Below, in pieces: positions 62,665 through 64,000 of a stretch of 64,000 nt of DNA; within the stretch, counting starts at the first letter, position 1; each line of letters starts with the position of its first letter. The position numbers were made by a program, and so were the translations under genes. This DNA is from Phoronis australis (lineage: Eukaryota > Animalia > Phoronida), in NCBI GenBank assembly GCA_002633005.1, contig NMRA01000103.1, positions 84,183 through 148,182 on the forward strand, given 5' to 3'. The notes beneath the pieces were generated by a model. The model saw nothing but the letters and a program-made list of their open reading frames with translations, searched no databases and was not told the origin of the DNA.

Positions 62665-64000
62665 TTAATACGCTCCGCAAAATTTTTGCTTTACAAATTT
62701 TCTCGAGTTTTCCATATACATGTATGAATGATTAAGTGCACATTTTCAAGAGCGCTTAGACGACCTATGTTGCAAAAACGGAGACCCTAACAACAATTGT
62801 CCTAGTCAGGGCCCTCAAATGGTAAACCATACACTGATCAGTATTCGAAGTCTTTCTTTTTTGTCTTTCCCTAGCCCCACAGCTTTGTCGGTTGCCATGG
62901 TTTAACCCTGAGGCATGCAATTTTTTTGTGGTGGCACTCGCCCTCCCCCCCTTAATAAGATCCTGATGACAGGAGTCCATGGTTGGTCCAAGGTCAATGT
63001 TGTGTTTCAACACGCACTCGTTATATAGCTTGAGCTTAAAATTAAATGTTTAAGAAATACAGGAGCAGTTTTGCGCATTTAATTGTGCGTGTAAAAGGGT
63101 TAATGGATTCGTACTGAACTTGTTGCTGCAACTTGTGTCATGGGCTTGTACCCGGCACGTGACCACAAATTTGGACACTAATTCGGCTATTGCGCAAGTC
63201 GACTTTAGCAAGGTGGCCAGTGAGAATGTAAGGCAGCACCAGGCCAGTGGGCGTGTGTGATTTCTAGTCTCTTATGAAAACCATTGAAGGCAATTATCAG
63301 CACCTGCAAACAAGAATTTTGAAGTATGTAGAATTTCAACAGGAGTTTGCCAGTGGCGGATCTACGGGGGGGGGGNNNNNNNGGGTTTAAACCCCCCCCT
63401 CGGGCCAGGACCCAAAAATTAAAAAAGGGGGGTTCACTCTGAAAATATAGTTTTTTGCATTGTGAATTGCTGAGTCTTTGTGGCTCATCGGCAAAACGCG
63501 CGGGGATTTATTGTGCGCGCGCTTCCGTCGACACTACTGAAGTAGCCAAGAATTTTAGATGAATTCACCGCTGAAAGAGCAGTTCTATAGCTGATTTCTT
63601 TAGGTAACTAGCTTCTTTACTCTAAGATATGTTTTGGTTTGATTAGGGGAAATACTGCGGTGCCGCAACCCTGATATTCAGGCGAATTGACGTGCAACGT
63701 TTTTACCTCATCTGTTATGCCGTGTCATTCTATTACACACTCCACACGTTTGTAACTGATGTATAGTAAAGTTGACTTGCGCAATATCATACAGTGTACA
63801 TGCACATGTAATATTGTGTACATGTACATGTAATATTTTTGAAAAAAAAATCTTTTTCCGAAGAATTGCTATTGTGGCGGGCGCCGTGGTCTGGTCGCGA
63901 GTCCGTTTGAAGACACACTCTATAACAAGTTATGTCTATACAAGGAATGACCAAGGGGGCACTCACATTGAGAAAGTGACCGCATTCGTGAAAAATGTAC

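Noticed and set aside
63876-63930. tRNA/SINE-like GC-rich start (GGCGCCGTGGTCTGG)
   Set aside because: No B-box or cloverleaf can be built.

Overview
Eukaryotic, intron-containing and transposon-rich DNA, probably from a marine invertebrate (the taxon is my inference). There are two host genes, arranged convergently. (1) The 3' seven coding exons of a microcephalin/MCPH1 orthologue on + (546-10353), with a tandem C-terminal BRCT pair; the 5' exons lie upstream of the window. (2) A complete five-exon, 499-aa CYP2-clan cytochrome P450 on - (26313-19131) with atypical C- and I-helix motifs. Everything else is repeats and mobile DNA: Kolobok-type THAP elements (TTAA TSD), an ISL2EU-like THAP element (AT TSD), a decayed hAT transposon and several MITEs with 5-bp TSDs, Harbinger elements with a CWG-targeting MITE, solo LTRs, Gypsy and LINE remnants, a 5'-truncated Penelope-like element with a hammerhead ribozyme, a Chapaev/CMC-like fragment and many minisatellites. 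The most notable signal is a dispersed modular repeat family carrying co-oriented CTCF-like motifs about every 150 bp. Coordinates were read by hand and no database searches were run.
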